The notes: generated from the letters alone by a model not told the origin. DNA of 64,000 nucleotides from Halobacteriovoraceae bacterium (GCA_963719505.1 CAVRCF010000005.1:800001-864000); one strand, 5' to 3'; shown: positions 39,793 to 50,477, counted from the stretch's first letter. Numbers and translations are program-made.

Positions 39793-39840
39793 ATTGAATG
39801 AAAACGAAAGTGATTAAAAACAATACTTGGAGAAAATATA

Positions 39841-41766
39841 ATGAGCTTTAAATTAGATTCAAAAATTCCTGAAGGTCCAATTCAAGACAAATGGGAAAAT
39901 CATAAATTCAAATGCAAACTGGTCAACCCAGCTAATAAGAGAAAATATTCTGTTATCGTCGTCGGGACGGGTCTTGCTGGTGGTAGTGCCGCCGCATCGA
40001 TGGCTGAACTTGGTTATCATGTAAAATCTTTTTGCATTCAAGACTCACCAAGGCGTGCACACTCTATTGCCGCTCAAGGTGGGATCAATGCTGCAAAAAA
40101 TTATCAAAATGATGGTGACTCAGTGCTGGAGGCTCTTTTACGATACCGTAAAAGGTGGAGACTATAGATCTAGAGAGGCCAATGTTTACAGATTAGCACA
40201 GGTTTCAAATAATATTATTGATCAATGTGTGGCCCAAGGTGTTCCTTTTGCCAGAGACTACGGCGGATATCTTAGATAATAGATCTTTCGGTGGAGCCCA
40301 GGTTTCAAGAACGTTCTACGCCAAAGGACAAACAGGTCAGCAACTACTTTTAGGTGCTTATCAGTCAATGATGAAAGAAGTTTCAAAAGGAAAGATCGAT
40401 CTTTATACGAGAAGAGAAATCTTAGACATCGTTATCATTAACGGTAAAGCACGTGGGATCATTGTTAGAGACCTTATAACTGGAGACATTGAAAGACATG
40501 TTGCCGATGCGGTTATTCTCGCAAGTGGTGGTTATGGAAACGTCTACTTTCTTTCAACAAATGCCATGGCTTCAAATGTTGGAGCAGCTTGGAAAGCTTA
40601 TAAAAAAGGTGCAGGGTTTGCGAACCCTTGTTTTACTCAAATTCACCCAACATGTATTCCCGTCTCACGGCGATAACCAAGCAAAGTTAACTCTTATGAG
40701 TGAGTCTCTTAGAAATGACGGAAGAGTTTGGGTTCCTAAAAAAGCTGATGATAAGCGACATCCAAATGAGATTCCAGAAGAGGAAAGAGATTATTATCTC
40801 GAAAGAATTTATCCTTCTTTTGGTAACCTTGTTCCAAGGGATGTAGCTTCTAGAAATGCCAAAAATATGGTTGATGAAAACAAAGGTGTTGGAGATACTG
40901 GAGTCGCAGTTTATCTAGACTTCAGATGATGCCATTGCAAGAGATGGTAAAGATGCTATCGAAGCAAGATATGGAAACCTTTTTGAAATGTATCAAAGAA
41001 TCACAAATGAGTCTCCTTACGAGCAGCCGATGAGAATCTACCCTGCCGTTCACTATACTATGGGTGGTTTATGGGTTGACTATAATCTTCAAGTCAACGA
41101 TTCCAGGTCTGCATGTTCTAGGAGAGGCAAACTTCTCTGATCACGGTGCCAACAGACTAGGTGCATCCGCTCTTATGCAAGGGCTTGCCGATGGATATTT
41201 CGTTATCCCTTACACAATCGGAAATTACTTTGGAACTAATGACATCGAAAAAGTCGATACCACTCACCCAGAGTTTGATAAAGCCGAAAAAGAAGCTAAA
41301 GCACAAATCGATAAGTTTTTAAATATCAAAGGTTCTAGAACGGCTGATGACTTTCATAAAAAACTTGGAAAGATCATGTGGGAATATGTAGGTATGGCCA
41401 GTGATGAGAAAGGTTTAAAAACGGCTATCTCAGAGATCCAAAAATTGAGATCAGAGTTTTGGTCTGATCTTAAAAATTCCAGGCAAGCCCGATGAAATCA
41501 ATAGAGAGCTTGAAAAAGCTGGACGTGTCGCTGACTTTTTAGAGCTTGGTGAATTAATGGCAAGAGATGCTCTTATGAGACCTGAGTCTTGTGGAGGACA
41601 TTTTAGATTAGAATCACAAACTCCTGAAAATGAAGCCCTTCGAAATGATGAAGATTACGCCCACTCAGCAGTTTGGGAATTTAAAGGTGTGGATGATGAG
41701 CCGGTTCGACACAAAGAAGAGCTGACTTTTGAAAATGTTCCACTAACACAAAGATCGTACAAGTAA
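39841..41766 (+). CDS. sdhA: Succinate dehydrogenase/fumarate reductase flavoprotein, broken by six +1 insertions (probably assembly artefact)
   Basis: [37 protein letters not shown] and [10 protein letters not shown] occur across successive frames. Confidence 0.9.
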
Positions 41767-41777
41767 GGAGTCCACAG

Positions 41778-42557
41778 ATGGCCATAGCAAAGAAAAGAAT
41801 ATTACAGTACACCTAAAACTTTGGAGACAAAAAAATCGAAATGATCAAGGTCACTTCGAAGAGCATACTCTCTCAGATGTTTCGACTGGTATCTTCATTT
41901 TTAGAAATGCTGGATCAGTTAAACGAGAAACTTAGTAACTGAAGATCACCCACCTTTCGCCTTTGATCACGACTGTCGAGAAGGAATTTGTGGAATGTGT
42001 TCTATGATGATTAACGGTCAAGCTCACGGTCCAGAAAGAGCGACAACAACTTGTCAGCTTCATATGAGATCATTTGAAGATCAAGATACCATTGTATATT
42101 GAACCTTGGAGATCTTCAGCATTTCCAGTCTTAAAGGACTGTGTTGTTGATAGATCGGCATTTGATAAAGTTATTCAAGCTGGTGGTTTTACATCGGTCA
42201 ATGTTGGAAATGCTCAAGATGCTAACGCTCTTCCTATTGCAAAAGAAAATGCAGATCTTGCAATGGATGCAGCAGCTTGTATTGGTTGTGGTGCATGCGT
42301 GGCAAGTTGTCCAAATGCCAGTGCGATGCTTTTTACTTCAGCAAAAATCTCTCAACTCGCTCTCCTTCCACAAGGACAAGTTGAAGCCAAGAAGAGAGCC
42401 GCAAAAATGGTTGCAGAAATGGATGAACTAGGATTTGGAAATTGTACCAATCACGCTGAGTGTGAAGCAGTCATGTCCAAAAGAGATTAATCTCTCAAAT
42501 ATTGCCAGAATGAATAGAGAGTTCTTTAAATCAAAGACTTTCTCTAGAAAAGACTAA
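41778..42557 (+). CDS. sdhB: Succinate dehydrogenase iron-sulfur subunit, broken by about five indels (probably assembly artefact)
   Basis: [35 protein letters not shown] and [17 protein letters not shown] across frames. Confidence 0.9.
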
Positions 42558-42578
42558 AAAATCCCTAAAATATCAAGC

Positions 42579-42608
42579 AAAAGCCCAGTCTCAGAACTGG
42601 GCTTTTTT
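42579..42608 (+). terminator. Rho-independent terminator of sdhCAB
   Basis: AAAAGCCCAGT-CTCAGA-ACTGGGCTTTTTT. Confidence 0.85.
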
Positions 42609-42627
42609 GTGCCTTTTATGGTAAATA

Positions 42628-43725
42628 ATGAGAGTGAAGATCTATTCAGAGACTACATTTTCATTTATCGCTAAATGCCAAAAATATCTTAAAGATATCA
42701 TAAGGAATGAAACTAAAATTGAGGTGAGAACATCTCGGTTTGTTTTTAATCGTTACACCTATCCTATCTCCATCGTTACCTTCACAGGCTCTCATAAAAT
42801 TGGCTATTTTGATTCAAGCAATTATGAAATTGGATTGAATGCCAATCTTATCTACACAGTCAAAGAGCCCGTGCTAAAAGATATCCTTCGTCACGAATTC
42901 GCTCATTTTATAACATTTTTAAAGCATGGAGCGGTTCTTCCTCACGGTGAAGAGTTTAAAAAGGTTTGTCAGGACTATGGATGGACATCATCTATTTCTA
43001 AGGCCTCTATGGATATTCAATTGGCCAATACTGAGATGACGGGTGATCTTCAAACAGAGAAATTGATCACTAAGATTAAAAATCTTTTAAAACTATCAGA
43101 ATCATCAAATGAGCATGAAGCTCGCCTAGCAACATCAAAGGCCAATGCCCTGATGATAAAGCACAATCTTCAAAGAATAAATTCTGATCCAGAAGAAACT
43201 CTTTATGTTCAAGAAGTTTATTTTTCAAAAAAAAGAAATGCAAAACTCTCTGCGATTTATTCTATTCTTTCTCATTTTCTGGTGACTCCTGTTATGAACT
43301 ACACCAGTGAAGGCGTAAGACTTGAAATTACAGGTCAAAAAACAAATATTGAAATTGGCCAATATATTTCAGAATTTCTAGATCGTGAACTCGATAAGCT
43401 TTGGGCCATAGCTAAATATAAAAATAGCCTCAAAGGTCTCAAGCAAAAAAACTCCTTCTATGCAGGGGTTGCAAAGGGTTTTGATGACAAAATGAATGAA
43501 GGTGAAAGAGAGTTAACAAAATCAGAAAGTAGAGCTCTTGTCTCTTTCAAAAATGATTTAAAACTTAAAACCGATCGCATCTATGGACGCCTTCGATCTT
43601 CAGGCTCTAGTGCCTCTATTGATCAAAAAACACTCGGACTTGGTAAAGCGGCGGGGAAAAATCTTTCCATAAATAAAGGTCTTAAAGGATCTAAAACAAT
43701 AAAACAATTAGGATGGTTTAAATGA
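42628..43725 (+). CDS. SprT-like metalloprotease domain fused to DUF2786-like domain
   Basis: LRHEFAH...PHGEEFK; KIKNLLKLSESSNEHEARLA. Confidence 0.8.
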   Translation: MRVKIYSETTFSFIAKCQKYLKDIIRNETKIEVRTSRFVFNRYTYPISIVTFTGSHKIGYFDSSNYEIGLNANLIYTVKEPVLKDILRHEFAHFITFLKHGAVLPHGEEFKKVCQDYGWTSSISKASMDIQLANTEMTGDLQTEKLITKIKNLLKLSESSNEHEARLATSKANALMIKHNLQRINSDPEETLYVQEVYFSKKRNAKLSAIYSILSHFLVTPVMNYTSEGVRLEITGQKTNIEIGQYISEFLDRELDKLWAIAKYKNSLKGLKQKNSFYAGVAKGFDDKMNEGERELTKSESRALVSFKNDLKLKTDRIYGRLRSSGSSASIDQKTLGLGKAAGKNLSINKGLKGSKTIKQLGWFK

Positions 43726-44870
43726 ATAATTTTGAATTTTACAATCCCACCAAAATAATATTTGGAAAAGGACAGATTGATTCTGTCGCCAAAAATATAC
43801 CGCAAGACAAAAAGATCATGATGATTTTTGGAGGCGGAAGTATCAAGAATAATGGTATCTATGATCAGGTCAAAAAAGCTCTTATCGATCATACGGTTTT
43901 TGAATTTGGTGGAATAGAATCAAATCCAAAGTATGAGACGGCCATGAAAGCTGTTGAGATGGCACAAGAAAATTCAATTGATTATCTCTTAGCTGTCGGC
44001 GGTGGATCAGTTATCGATTCCACAAAGTTCATCAGTGCAGCCATACTTTTTAAAGGAGACGCTTGGGACATACCAACAAATAAAAAACAAGTTGGCGATG
44101 TGATCCCATTTGGTACTATTCTCACACTTCCAGCAACAGGCAGTGAGATGAACTGTTTTTCAGTCATGTCTAAAGGGCTTGATAAGCTTGGATTTGGGAA
44201 TTCTAAACTCTATCCACAATTTTCTATTCTCGATCCCCAAGTAACTTACTCTTTATCTGACAGACAGCTTGGCAATGGCTTAGTAGACGCTTTTGTTCAC
44301 ACAACAGAGCAGTACCTAACCACAGATATCAATACACCTTTGCAAGACAGATTTGCAGAAGGGATTTTGCAAACTCTCATCAGTGAGTCTGATAAGGTTC
44401 TTGAGATTAAAGAGCATTACGATAGTCGAGCAAACTTTATGTGGTCAACGACAATGGCTTTAAATGGTCTTATTGGATCGGGAGTTGTACACGACTGGTC
44501 AACTCATATGATAGGCCATGAACTTACGGCCCTTCATGGACTCGATCACGCCAGAAGTCTTGCCGTTATTTTGCCAAGTGTCCTTCGTGAGCTAAAAGAT
44601 CAAAAGAGAAGAAAACTTCTCCAGTTTGCTCAAAGAGTATGGGGAATAGAAGGCGGCACACCAGAGGAAAGAATAGAGAAAGCAATTCTTGCGACGGAGG
44701 ATTTTTTCAACCGTGTCGGGCTTCCAACCAAACTTAAAGTCTACAAAATAACCGAAGATGATTTCGCTCCTATTGTAAAGTCTCTCAGGTCGCATATTCC
44801 TGTAAATTTAGGTGAAGCTAAGAATATAGATGAACAGATGGTGATGAAAATTTTAAAGAGGGCTTTATAA
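43722..44870 (+). CDS. Iron-containing alcohol dehydrogenase (YqhD/BdhA-like)
   Basis: NPTKIIFGKG, GGGSIK, AVGGGSVID, TLPATGSE, HMIGHELTALHGLDH. Confidence 0.93.
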   Translation: MNNFEFYNPTKIIFGKGQIDSVAKNIPQDKKIMMIFGGGSIKNNGIYDQVKKALIDHTVFEFGGIESNPKYETAMKAVEMAQENSIDYLLAVGGGSVIDSTKFISAAILFKGDAWDIPTNKKQVGDVIPFGTILTLPATGSEMNCFSVMSKGLDKLGFGNSKLYPQFSILDPQVTYSLSDRQLGNGLVDAFVHTTEQYLTTDINTPLQDRFAEGILQTLISESDKVLEIKEHYDSRANFMWSTTMALNGLIGSGVVHDWSTHMIGHELTALHGLDHARSLAVILPSVLRELKDQKRRKLLQFAQRVWGIEGGTPEERIEKAILATEDFFNRVGLPTKLKVYKITEDDFAPIVKSLRSHIPVNLGEAKNIDEQMVMKILKRAL

Positions 44871-45244
44871 TGAATAGTAAAAAAATACTTTTAGTCGGTT
44901 CGATATTTGTCTTCTTAGCTGTTCTTTTAGGCGCTTTTGGAGCTCATGGTCTCAAGAAAATACTTGAGCCCCAAGCCTTGGAAACCTTCAAAACCGGTGT
45001 GACTTACCAGTTCTATCACGGTTTTGGCTTAATTGCTTTGGCCCTCATTAATCAAGTTTTTAACATCGACGTGAGAAAGTCTGCTCTATTATTCATTATA
45101 GGCATCTTCCTTTTCAGTGGAAACTGCTACCTGTATTCGCTTACCCAAATTAAAACGATTGCCCTCATCATCCCTGCCGGAGGACTTTGTTTTATCGCGG
45201 GTTGGCTTCTCTTAACAATAAAAGTATCAAAGAAGAGAGTTTAG
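44870..45244 (+). CDS. DUF423 (YgdD/TMEM256) membrane protein
   Basis: LGAFGAHGL, YQFYH, GIFLFSG, PAGG. Confidence 0.92.
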   Translation: MNSKKILLVGSIFVFLAVLLGAFGAHGLKKILEPQALETFKTGVTYQFYHGFGLIALALINQVFNIDVRKSALLFIIGIFLFSGNCYLYSLTQIKTIALIIPAGGLCFIAGWLLLTIKVSKKRV

Positions 45245-45589
45245 ATGAAAGTTTTATTTATATTTTTTTCGTTTCTATGCCTCTCTTGCTCTCAAAAGTA
45301 TCAAACCTTTGATGTGATAAAGAAGAAAGATTTTGTTTTTGGTGAACCTCACAATCCAACACTTCCGGCAAAGCGCTTGGGGAGAAAGGTTATTCAAAAC
45401 ACCTGTGAGGGACAGTTTTTATTTTTTAGAAACGCAAAGAAAATTACAGATGGATCAATCCCCGCGCTGGTCAATTTTAGTTGTCCAGGAGAAGAGTATC
45501 TCTTAAATGCGAGAATAAAAGAGACGTGGTGGACGACGATCCTCTACTCTAGAAGCTGCGTAGAAATCGCGAGTTATTGCCCGCGCTAA
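45245..45589 (+). CDS. Small Cys-containing lipoprotein
   Basis: Lipobox CLSC; four further Cys. Confidence 0.65.
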   Translation: MKVLFIFFSFLCLSCSQKYQTFDVIKKKDFVFGEPHNPTLPAKRLGRKVIQNTCEGQFLFFRNAKKITDGSIPALVNFSCPGEEYLLNARIKETWWTTILYSRSCVEIASYCPR

Positions 45590-45645
45590 CTTTTATATAT
45601 CCTTTGCTCTGTTTATAAGACGCTAATATGACGTGATTTGAATTG

Positions 45646-46954
45646 TATAAAGATTCGACAATTATGTCCTATCCTTATTTCCCAGCGAAAATGTCCTACT
45701 TAACGCATTAATATTACAATACTCAGGTAATCAAACCTGAGGTGTTAAATGGGAAAAATAAGCATGGATGCTAAACAAATGAAGCTTTATAGACTCGCCT
45801 GTGAAGTCTTAGCCGGAAAAATTTCTATTAAAGAATTTTCCATCATATCTAAAAAGTCATATCGCCAGTCTCAACGTATTATTAAGAATGTTGAGACTCA
45901 TGACTTCATAGGAGTCATACATAAAAATTCTGGTGTTGCTCCAGTAAATAAAACTTCTGAAAGACTAGAAGCTTTGATCGTAGATCTTCTAACTTATAAG
46001 TATGTTGGATTTAATCTCACTCACTTTAACGAAATGTTAATTAAAAATGAAAACATTAAAATTTCAAAGTCTTCACTTCATCGAATTGCAACTAAACACA
46101 ATCTTGTAAAAGCTCCAAGAAGAGCGAAGAGAAGATCTTTCAAGCCTAGAGCCAGAGTCCCTCAAGAAGGTATGCTCGTGCAGTTCGATGGAAGCCATCA
46201 CCCTTGGTTTGGTAATCACAAATCGGACTTAATTGCAGCAATCGACGATGCAACCGGAAAGATTTTAGCAGCAGAGTTTTTTTATGGAGAGAAGTCGATG
46301 CATTCGATGAAAGTTATCAAGGAAGTAATTGATAAAAATGGAATTCCAGAAGCCTTCTACATGGATCAAGCAGGGATTTATGGAAAGGTAGATCGAGACT
46401 GGGAATCTCAGATCTCAAGAGCCTTTGATCAGGTTAATATTAACTTAATTCTTGCAAGCTCTCCACAAGCTAAAGGACGAGTAGAGCGTCTCTTTAGGAC
46501 TCTACAAGATCGACTGGTAGCGGAGCTTTCATTTTATAAAATAGAAACTTTGGAAGAGGCAAATGACTATTTGAGAACAACTTTTATAGAAGCTTTTAAT
46601 AAGCAGTTCTCGGTAGAGTCGCAAAGCTTCGATACAGCTTACAGGAAAAATGTTTTTGGAAATTTAGACAGAGTTTTTTGTAAAAAAGAGAGAAGAAAAA
46701 TTGGAGTTGGAAACGTATTTTCTTTCGAAGCAATTACTTGGTTGATAGACGAAAAGTTTTGCTATCGAGGTCGCGAAGTGAATATAAATACCCATCTTGA
46801 TGGCAGTCAGAGCTTTGATATTATGGGTAAAGAAATATATCCAATAGTGTTCAACACAAAGAGGATTTATGACTATAAAAAGCGAGCAATATGACACACA
46901 AGGTAGGACATAATCGCTGGGATATTAACCGGACATAGTCGCTGGGATTCAACA
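45646..46954 (+). mobile_element. IS1202-family (former ISNCY) insertion sequence with long target duplication
   Basis: GACGTGATTTGAATTG at 45630-45645 and 46955-46970. Two CCCAGCGANNATGTCC-type boxes at each end (outermost left one degenerate). Left boundary is 45644-45647, giving a DR of 14-17 bp. Confidence 0.9.
45749..46894 (+). CDS. IS1202/ISNCY-family DDE transposase
   Basis: SYRQSQR, GMLVQFDGSHHPWF, AIDDATG, YMDQAGIY, SPQAKGRVERLFRTLQDRL. Confidence 0.95.
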   Translation: MGKISMDAKQMKLYRLACEVLAGKISIKEFSIISKKSYRQSQRIIKNVETHDFIGVIHKNSGVAPVNKTSERLEALIVDLLTYKYVGFNLTHFNEMLIKNENIKISKSSLHRIATKHNLVKAPRRAKRRSFKPRARVPQEGMLVQFDGSHHPWFGNHKSDLIAAIDDATGKILAAEFFYGEKSMHSMKVIKEVIDKNGIPEAFYMDQAGIYGKVDRDWESQISRAFDQVNINLILASSPQAKGRVERLFRTLQDRLVAELSFYKIETLEEANDYLRTTFIEAFNKQFSVESQSFDTAYRKNVFGNLDRVFCKKERRKIGVGNVFSFEAITWLIDEKFCYRGREVNINTHLDGSQSFDIMGKEIYPIVFNTKRIYDYKKRAI

Positions 46955-47075
46955 GACGTGATTTGAATTGTCTATAAATTAGACAGCATCCTCATTTTTT
47001 TTCAGTTCCGGTATTTTTCCAACTAAAACTCCCCTAATCTAGACCTATATTGAATTCTTTATAGGTGAGATTATT

Positions 47076-48251
47076 ATGAATAAACTGTTATTTACGCTTC
47101 CTCTACTTGCTCTTTCTGTTCAGGTCTTTGCAAAAGACTATGACGAAGTCTTTCCTGAGTATTTTGAATACTGCTCGGCAACTCAAGTGAAGTATACTCA
47201 GGATTATTTTGATGGCTCTGAAGGCGGACCAGGCGGCCATGGCTTTCTCTATATCCATGGGCTCTGTAAAGACAATACCAAAGACTACCCTCAAGTTAAG
47301 CCGTGTGAAACTGAAGGTTCCGGAGTTGGGATATCACTTGATAGCGACTACGCGAATGTTAAATGGATTGCTGTTCCCGGAAAAGATTTAATGATGAACG
47401 GAAATCACTCTATTGAAGATAAAACACCCGTAAGCATTGAAGAGATTGAAGATGTAAAACTTAAAGCTTATGAGCTAGAAATATTCAAAGGCGTAAGGCT
47501 CAAAGGTGAAGATATTGCCAAATTCAAATTTGGATCAAAGAAATACGAGATGGCCGCTGCTGAGTGGTCAATAGGAACTGATATTGCCTTGAGATTTGGA
47601 AGAGAGTTGAGATTTGGAAGAGAGTTGAGATGTACCAAAACTCCAATTTCAAAAGAGCAAGTTGCCGATCTCGCAACATACTTAAATGCTGAAAATAATA
47701 AGTACTACACAACTGGTGAAACTTACGACTGGAGTTTTGTGTATAATAACTGCTCCCATTTAACATTAAACGCAGGAGCTTCAATTGAACTTAATCAATC
47801 TATAAAGTCAGATCAAAGCTTCCTTAAACAACTGACGAATCTCGCCGTTCCTGCGAACGCTTATATGAGTTTGTCAGATCAGTGGACTTTAAAAAATCTC
47901 AAATTGAGGCATTTGAAAAAAAGTAATTCATTTAAAAAGTATTCCACCCATCCAAATCAGCTTGGTGCTCTCATGGAAAAAATGCCGGCTTTCCAAACAA
48001 ATGCTATGTTGTTAACTGACGACATCAAGGGGATATCAATTCCAAGAAAGAACATTTTAAAAATGTTTAAAACGGCTAAAGGTTATGACAAGTATCTCAC
48101 GAGAGCTGAAAACACTGACTTAAAAGAAAATGCAAAAAAATGGATCTCGGTATATAAGAGGCTTATGAATAAGTTAGAAAAAAAGGGAAATCAAGCTTCT
48201 AAAGAATATGAGTATCTGTCAAGACAGCTAGAGAAAGCTCAATCAATTTAG
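47076..48251 (+). CDS. Exported hypothetical protein
   Basis: Signal peptide ending VFA. GGHGFLY and NNCSH could be His/Cys of a permuted papain-like fold (weak). Confidence 0.75.
   Translation: MNKLLFTLPLLALSVQVFAKDYDEVFPEYFEYCSATQVKYTQDYFDGSEGGPGGHGFLYIHGLCKDNTKDYPQVKPCETEGSGVGISLDSDYANVKWIAVPGKDLMMNGNHSIEDKTPVSIEEIEDVKLKAYELEIFKGVRLKGEDIAKFKFGSKKYEMAAAEWSIGTDIALRFGRELRFGRELRCTKTPISKEQVADLATYLNAENNKYYTTGETYDWSFVYNNCSHLTLNAGASIELNQSIKSDQSFLKQLTNLAVPANAYMSLSDQWTLKNLKLRHLKKSNSFKKYSTHPNQLGALMEKMPAFQTNAMLLTDDIKGISIPRKNILKMFKTAKGYDKYLTRAENTDLKENAKKWISVYKRLMNKLEKKGNQASKEYEYLSRQLEKAQSI
47589..47631 (+). repeat. Perfect in-frame 18-bp tandem duplication
   Basis: TTGAGATTTGGAAGAGAG x2 plus TTGAGAT (LRFGRE LRFGRE LR). 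Confidence 0.95.
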
Positions 48252-48356
48252 AAAGTGCCTCTTGATTTATTTAACAGTAAGAGAGTTCAGTCTAAATTTT
48301 AAATATCTTGAGATATAGTAAAAACGAATACCATATTTGAGAATAGAATCTTTCAT

Positions 48357-49067
48357 TTAAATATCCCTTTTATTTGGTCCATGAATTATTTTATGCTGTT
48401 GGCCTATCACTCTAAAAGGTGCACCAAAATCTTCATTAAGACGAACCACTTCAGAGAATCTAGCAGCTGGAAATTCTTCTTCAGGTTCATAACAAGGAGT
48501 GAGTACCCAAGGAATATCGGCCTTTGTCTCACTCATTCCTAGTATTTCTGAAAGCGTATCAAAGGTTGATTCAAAATCTTTTTTATCTGCTATCACGGCT
48601 TTAATTTGCGCCTTTCCAGAATACTGGTCACAAAGGGCCTTTAAAACTTTTTTATTCGTCACAACCCCTGTTGAAGGTGTTTTATAGTCAAAGCTTACAA
48701 AGTCAACGATATCAAAAAGTTCGTTAACCACTCTTGTCCCCGCAGCTTCAATATTGACATAAAAGCCACTTTTCTTAAGAACTCTCGAAAGTTCAATGGC
48801 CGCCGGAGCATTTTTTGGATGAAGGGGATCTCCACCAGTAATCGATACTCTTTGAATTCGATGGACTCCTGAACCTGATAAATCTTCAATTTTTGCCAAA
48901 ACCTCTTGAAGAGTCATCGTCTCATCTGTGAATTCCCAAGTCTCTTTTGAGTCGCAGTTGACACAACCAATTGTACAACCTTGAAAACGGACAAAGACCT
49001 GCGGGGTTCCAATATGGATCCCTTCACCTTCAGTAGAGCGAAATATAGAGTGAATACGTAAATTCAT
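48357..49067 (-). CDS. queE: 7-carboxy-7-deazaguanine synthase (radical SAM)
   Basis: IFRSTEGEG, VFVRFQGCTIGCVNCDS, VSITGGDP, QQHK. Confidence 0.88.
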   Translation of the reverse strand: MNLRIHSIFRSTEGEGIHIGTPQVFVRFQGCTIGCVNCDSKETWEFTDETMTLQEVLAKIEDLSGSGVHRIQRVSITGGDPLHPKNAPAAIELSRVLKKSGFYVNIEAAGTRVVNELFDIVDFVSFDYKTPSTGVVTNKKVLKALCDQYSGKAQIKAVIADKKDFESTFDTLSEILGMSETKADIPWVLTPCYEPEEEFPAARFSEVVRLNEDFGAPFRVIGQQHKIIHGPNKRDI

Positions 49068-49206
49068 TGTTTACGCTTATAGCACAGGTAAATCGACATT
49101 TGAAAAGGAAAACCCCTATTTATCGCTGTGCATGCAAATTTTACAAATGCTAATCATTTCGCCATAATTAATGGTAAGTAATGAATATTACTATTTTGGA
49201 GAAAAG

Positions 49207-50079
49207 ATGAATCATGTTTTAAAAGCAGGCTTATTTTTATTATTAGTCGGATGCGGTGCCGCTGACAATACAAGGGATGATCCAAATAATGGCGCAAGAG
49301 AACCTGAAGTAACTAGACCTGAAGTTGGTTCTGAAGTTGAATTCAAGCCCCTTGAAAGATCGATGATTAGAAGGGTAAAAGGCGTCAACAGACCAAGCTA
49401 TGCACAAGTTAAAGCTTCTCTTTCTGGCACAGGCTTACCTGTCGTCTATCAGACAACACCCACCCCTACTCCAACCGAAGCCACACCTGTAGAGATGATC
49501 CCGACCCAGAGGTTATCAACCGACTGTGGAGTCTCAAAAGATGACACCCTCACCATTAATCAGAGAATAATAGATTGTCAGTCCAAGATCGGTCAAAGGT
49601 CATCAACAACATGGTCAGCCTTTGTCAATGGAATCTCAGGTGAAGGAAACTGGTTTCTTGTGACTTATATTGATAAGTTAAAAGTATGGCAAGATGCTTC
49701 AACAGGACTTCTTTGGAGTGATATCGTGAAAGCTGGTACTTTTGTCGAAGCTCTTGGGCGCGACCCACAAGACCTAGAAAGAGATATATTAAGCGTTTGT
49801 TCAAGTCTTGATGACAATAGAAAAGCAGCACTGGGTAACTTACCCGTCAAGCAAGTGAAGTGGCGACTCCCCAATCGAGAAGAATTTTTACAAGCTGATA
49901 TAAATGGAGCTAAAAGTGTCCTAACCGATAGTGGGACAAATCTTTGGACCGCTTCATACCACGAAGATAATGCTGGAGACCCAACCGCTTGGTCAATAGA
50001 GCAGAAAAGTGGAATTTTAAAATCGACACCGATATCCGAATCGTTAAACATTCGTTGTATTGGAGTTATTACGGAGTGA
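49207..50079 (+). CDS. Lipoprotein with DUF1566/Lcl-like C-terminal domain
   Basis: Lipobox LVGC from ATG 49207; WQDASTGLLW, WRLPNREE, LWTAS, IRCI. Confidence 0.75.
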   Translation: MNHVLKAGLFLLLVGCGAADNTRDDPNNGAREPEVTRPEVGSEVEFKPLERSMIRRVKGVNRPSYAQVKASLSGTGLPVVYQTTPTPTPTEATPVEMIPTQRLSTDCGVSKDDTLTINQRIIDCQSKIGQRSSTTWSAFVNGISGEGNWFLVTYIDKLKVWQDASTGLLWSDIVKAGTFVEALGRDPQDLERDILSVCSSLDDNRKAALGNLPVKQVKWRLPNREEFLQADINGAKSVLTDSGTNLWTASYHEDNAGDPTAWSIEQKSGILKSTPISESLNIRCIGVITE

Positions 50080-50082
50080 TAA

Positions 50083-50436
50083 ATGAATGATAATCAGCTC
50101 AAGGAAGAAGCGATTAAAAGAGCTTTAGAACAGATCGGCTCTATTGAAAACCAGGTTAACAATCCCATGTATAACCTTGAAAAAGAACAAACCTATAGCG
50201 TCAAAATCGATATCGACAATAGCGTAGAACATGGAAAGTTTAAACCAAATCCGAAATTTGAAGGCGCCTGGCTTACAAGCAACCAAACCTTCAAGGCCAT
50301 GAAAAAAGACATTTTTGCCATGGACGAGAAGCTTTTAGAACTATCAATTCCCTATCAATGCCACTCATGTAAAAGTGATCTCGATCGACAGTTTTGGCAC
50401 TTTTGTCCTTACTGCGGCTCACAATTCTTAAACTAA
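50083..50436 (+). CDS. Zinc-ribbon protein
   Basis: CHSC...FCPYCG. Confidence 0.75.
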   Translation: MNDNQLKEEAIKRALEQIGSIENQVNNPMYNLEKEQTYSVKIDIDNSVEHGKFKPNPKFEGAWLTSNQTFKAMKKDIFAMDEKLLELSIPYQCHSCKSDLDRQFWHFCPYCGSQFLN

Positions 50437-50477
50437 TTTAGTTTGACGCTCCAACGACTGAGACTTATCATTATATT

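Noticed and set aside
39841-42557. sdhA/sdhB as true pseudogenes or programmed frameshifts
   Set aside because: Almost all lesions are +1 insertions at wobble positions, with no nonsense codons seen, no slippery sites and intact catalytic motifs; an assembly artefact is more likely.
48357-49067. queE as part of a 7-deazaguanine DNA-modification (dpd) island
   Set aside because: No dpdA-like paralog or other dpd genes; canonical tgt and queA explain it as tRNA queuosine synthesis.
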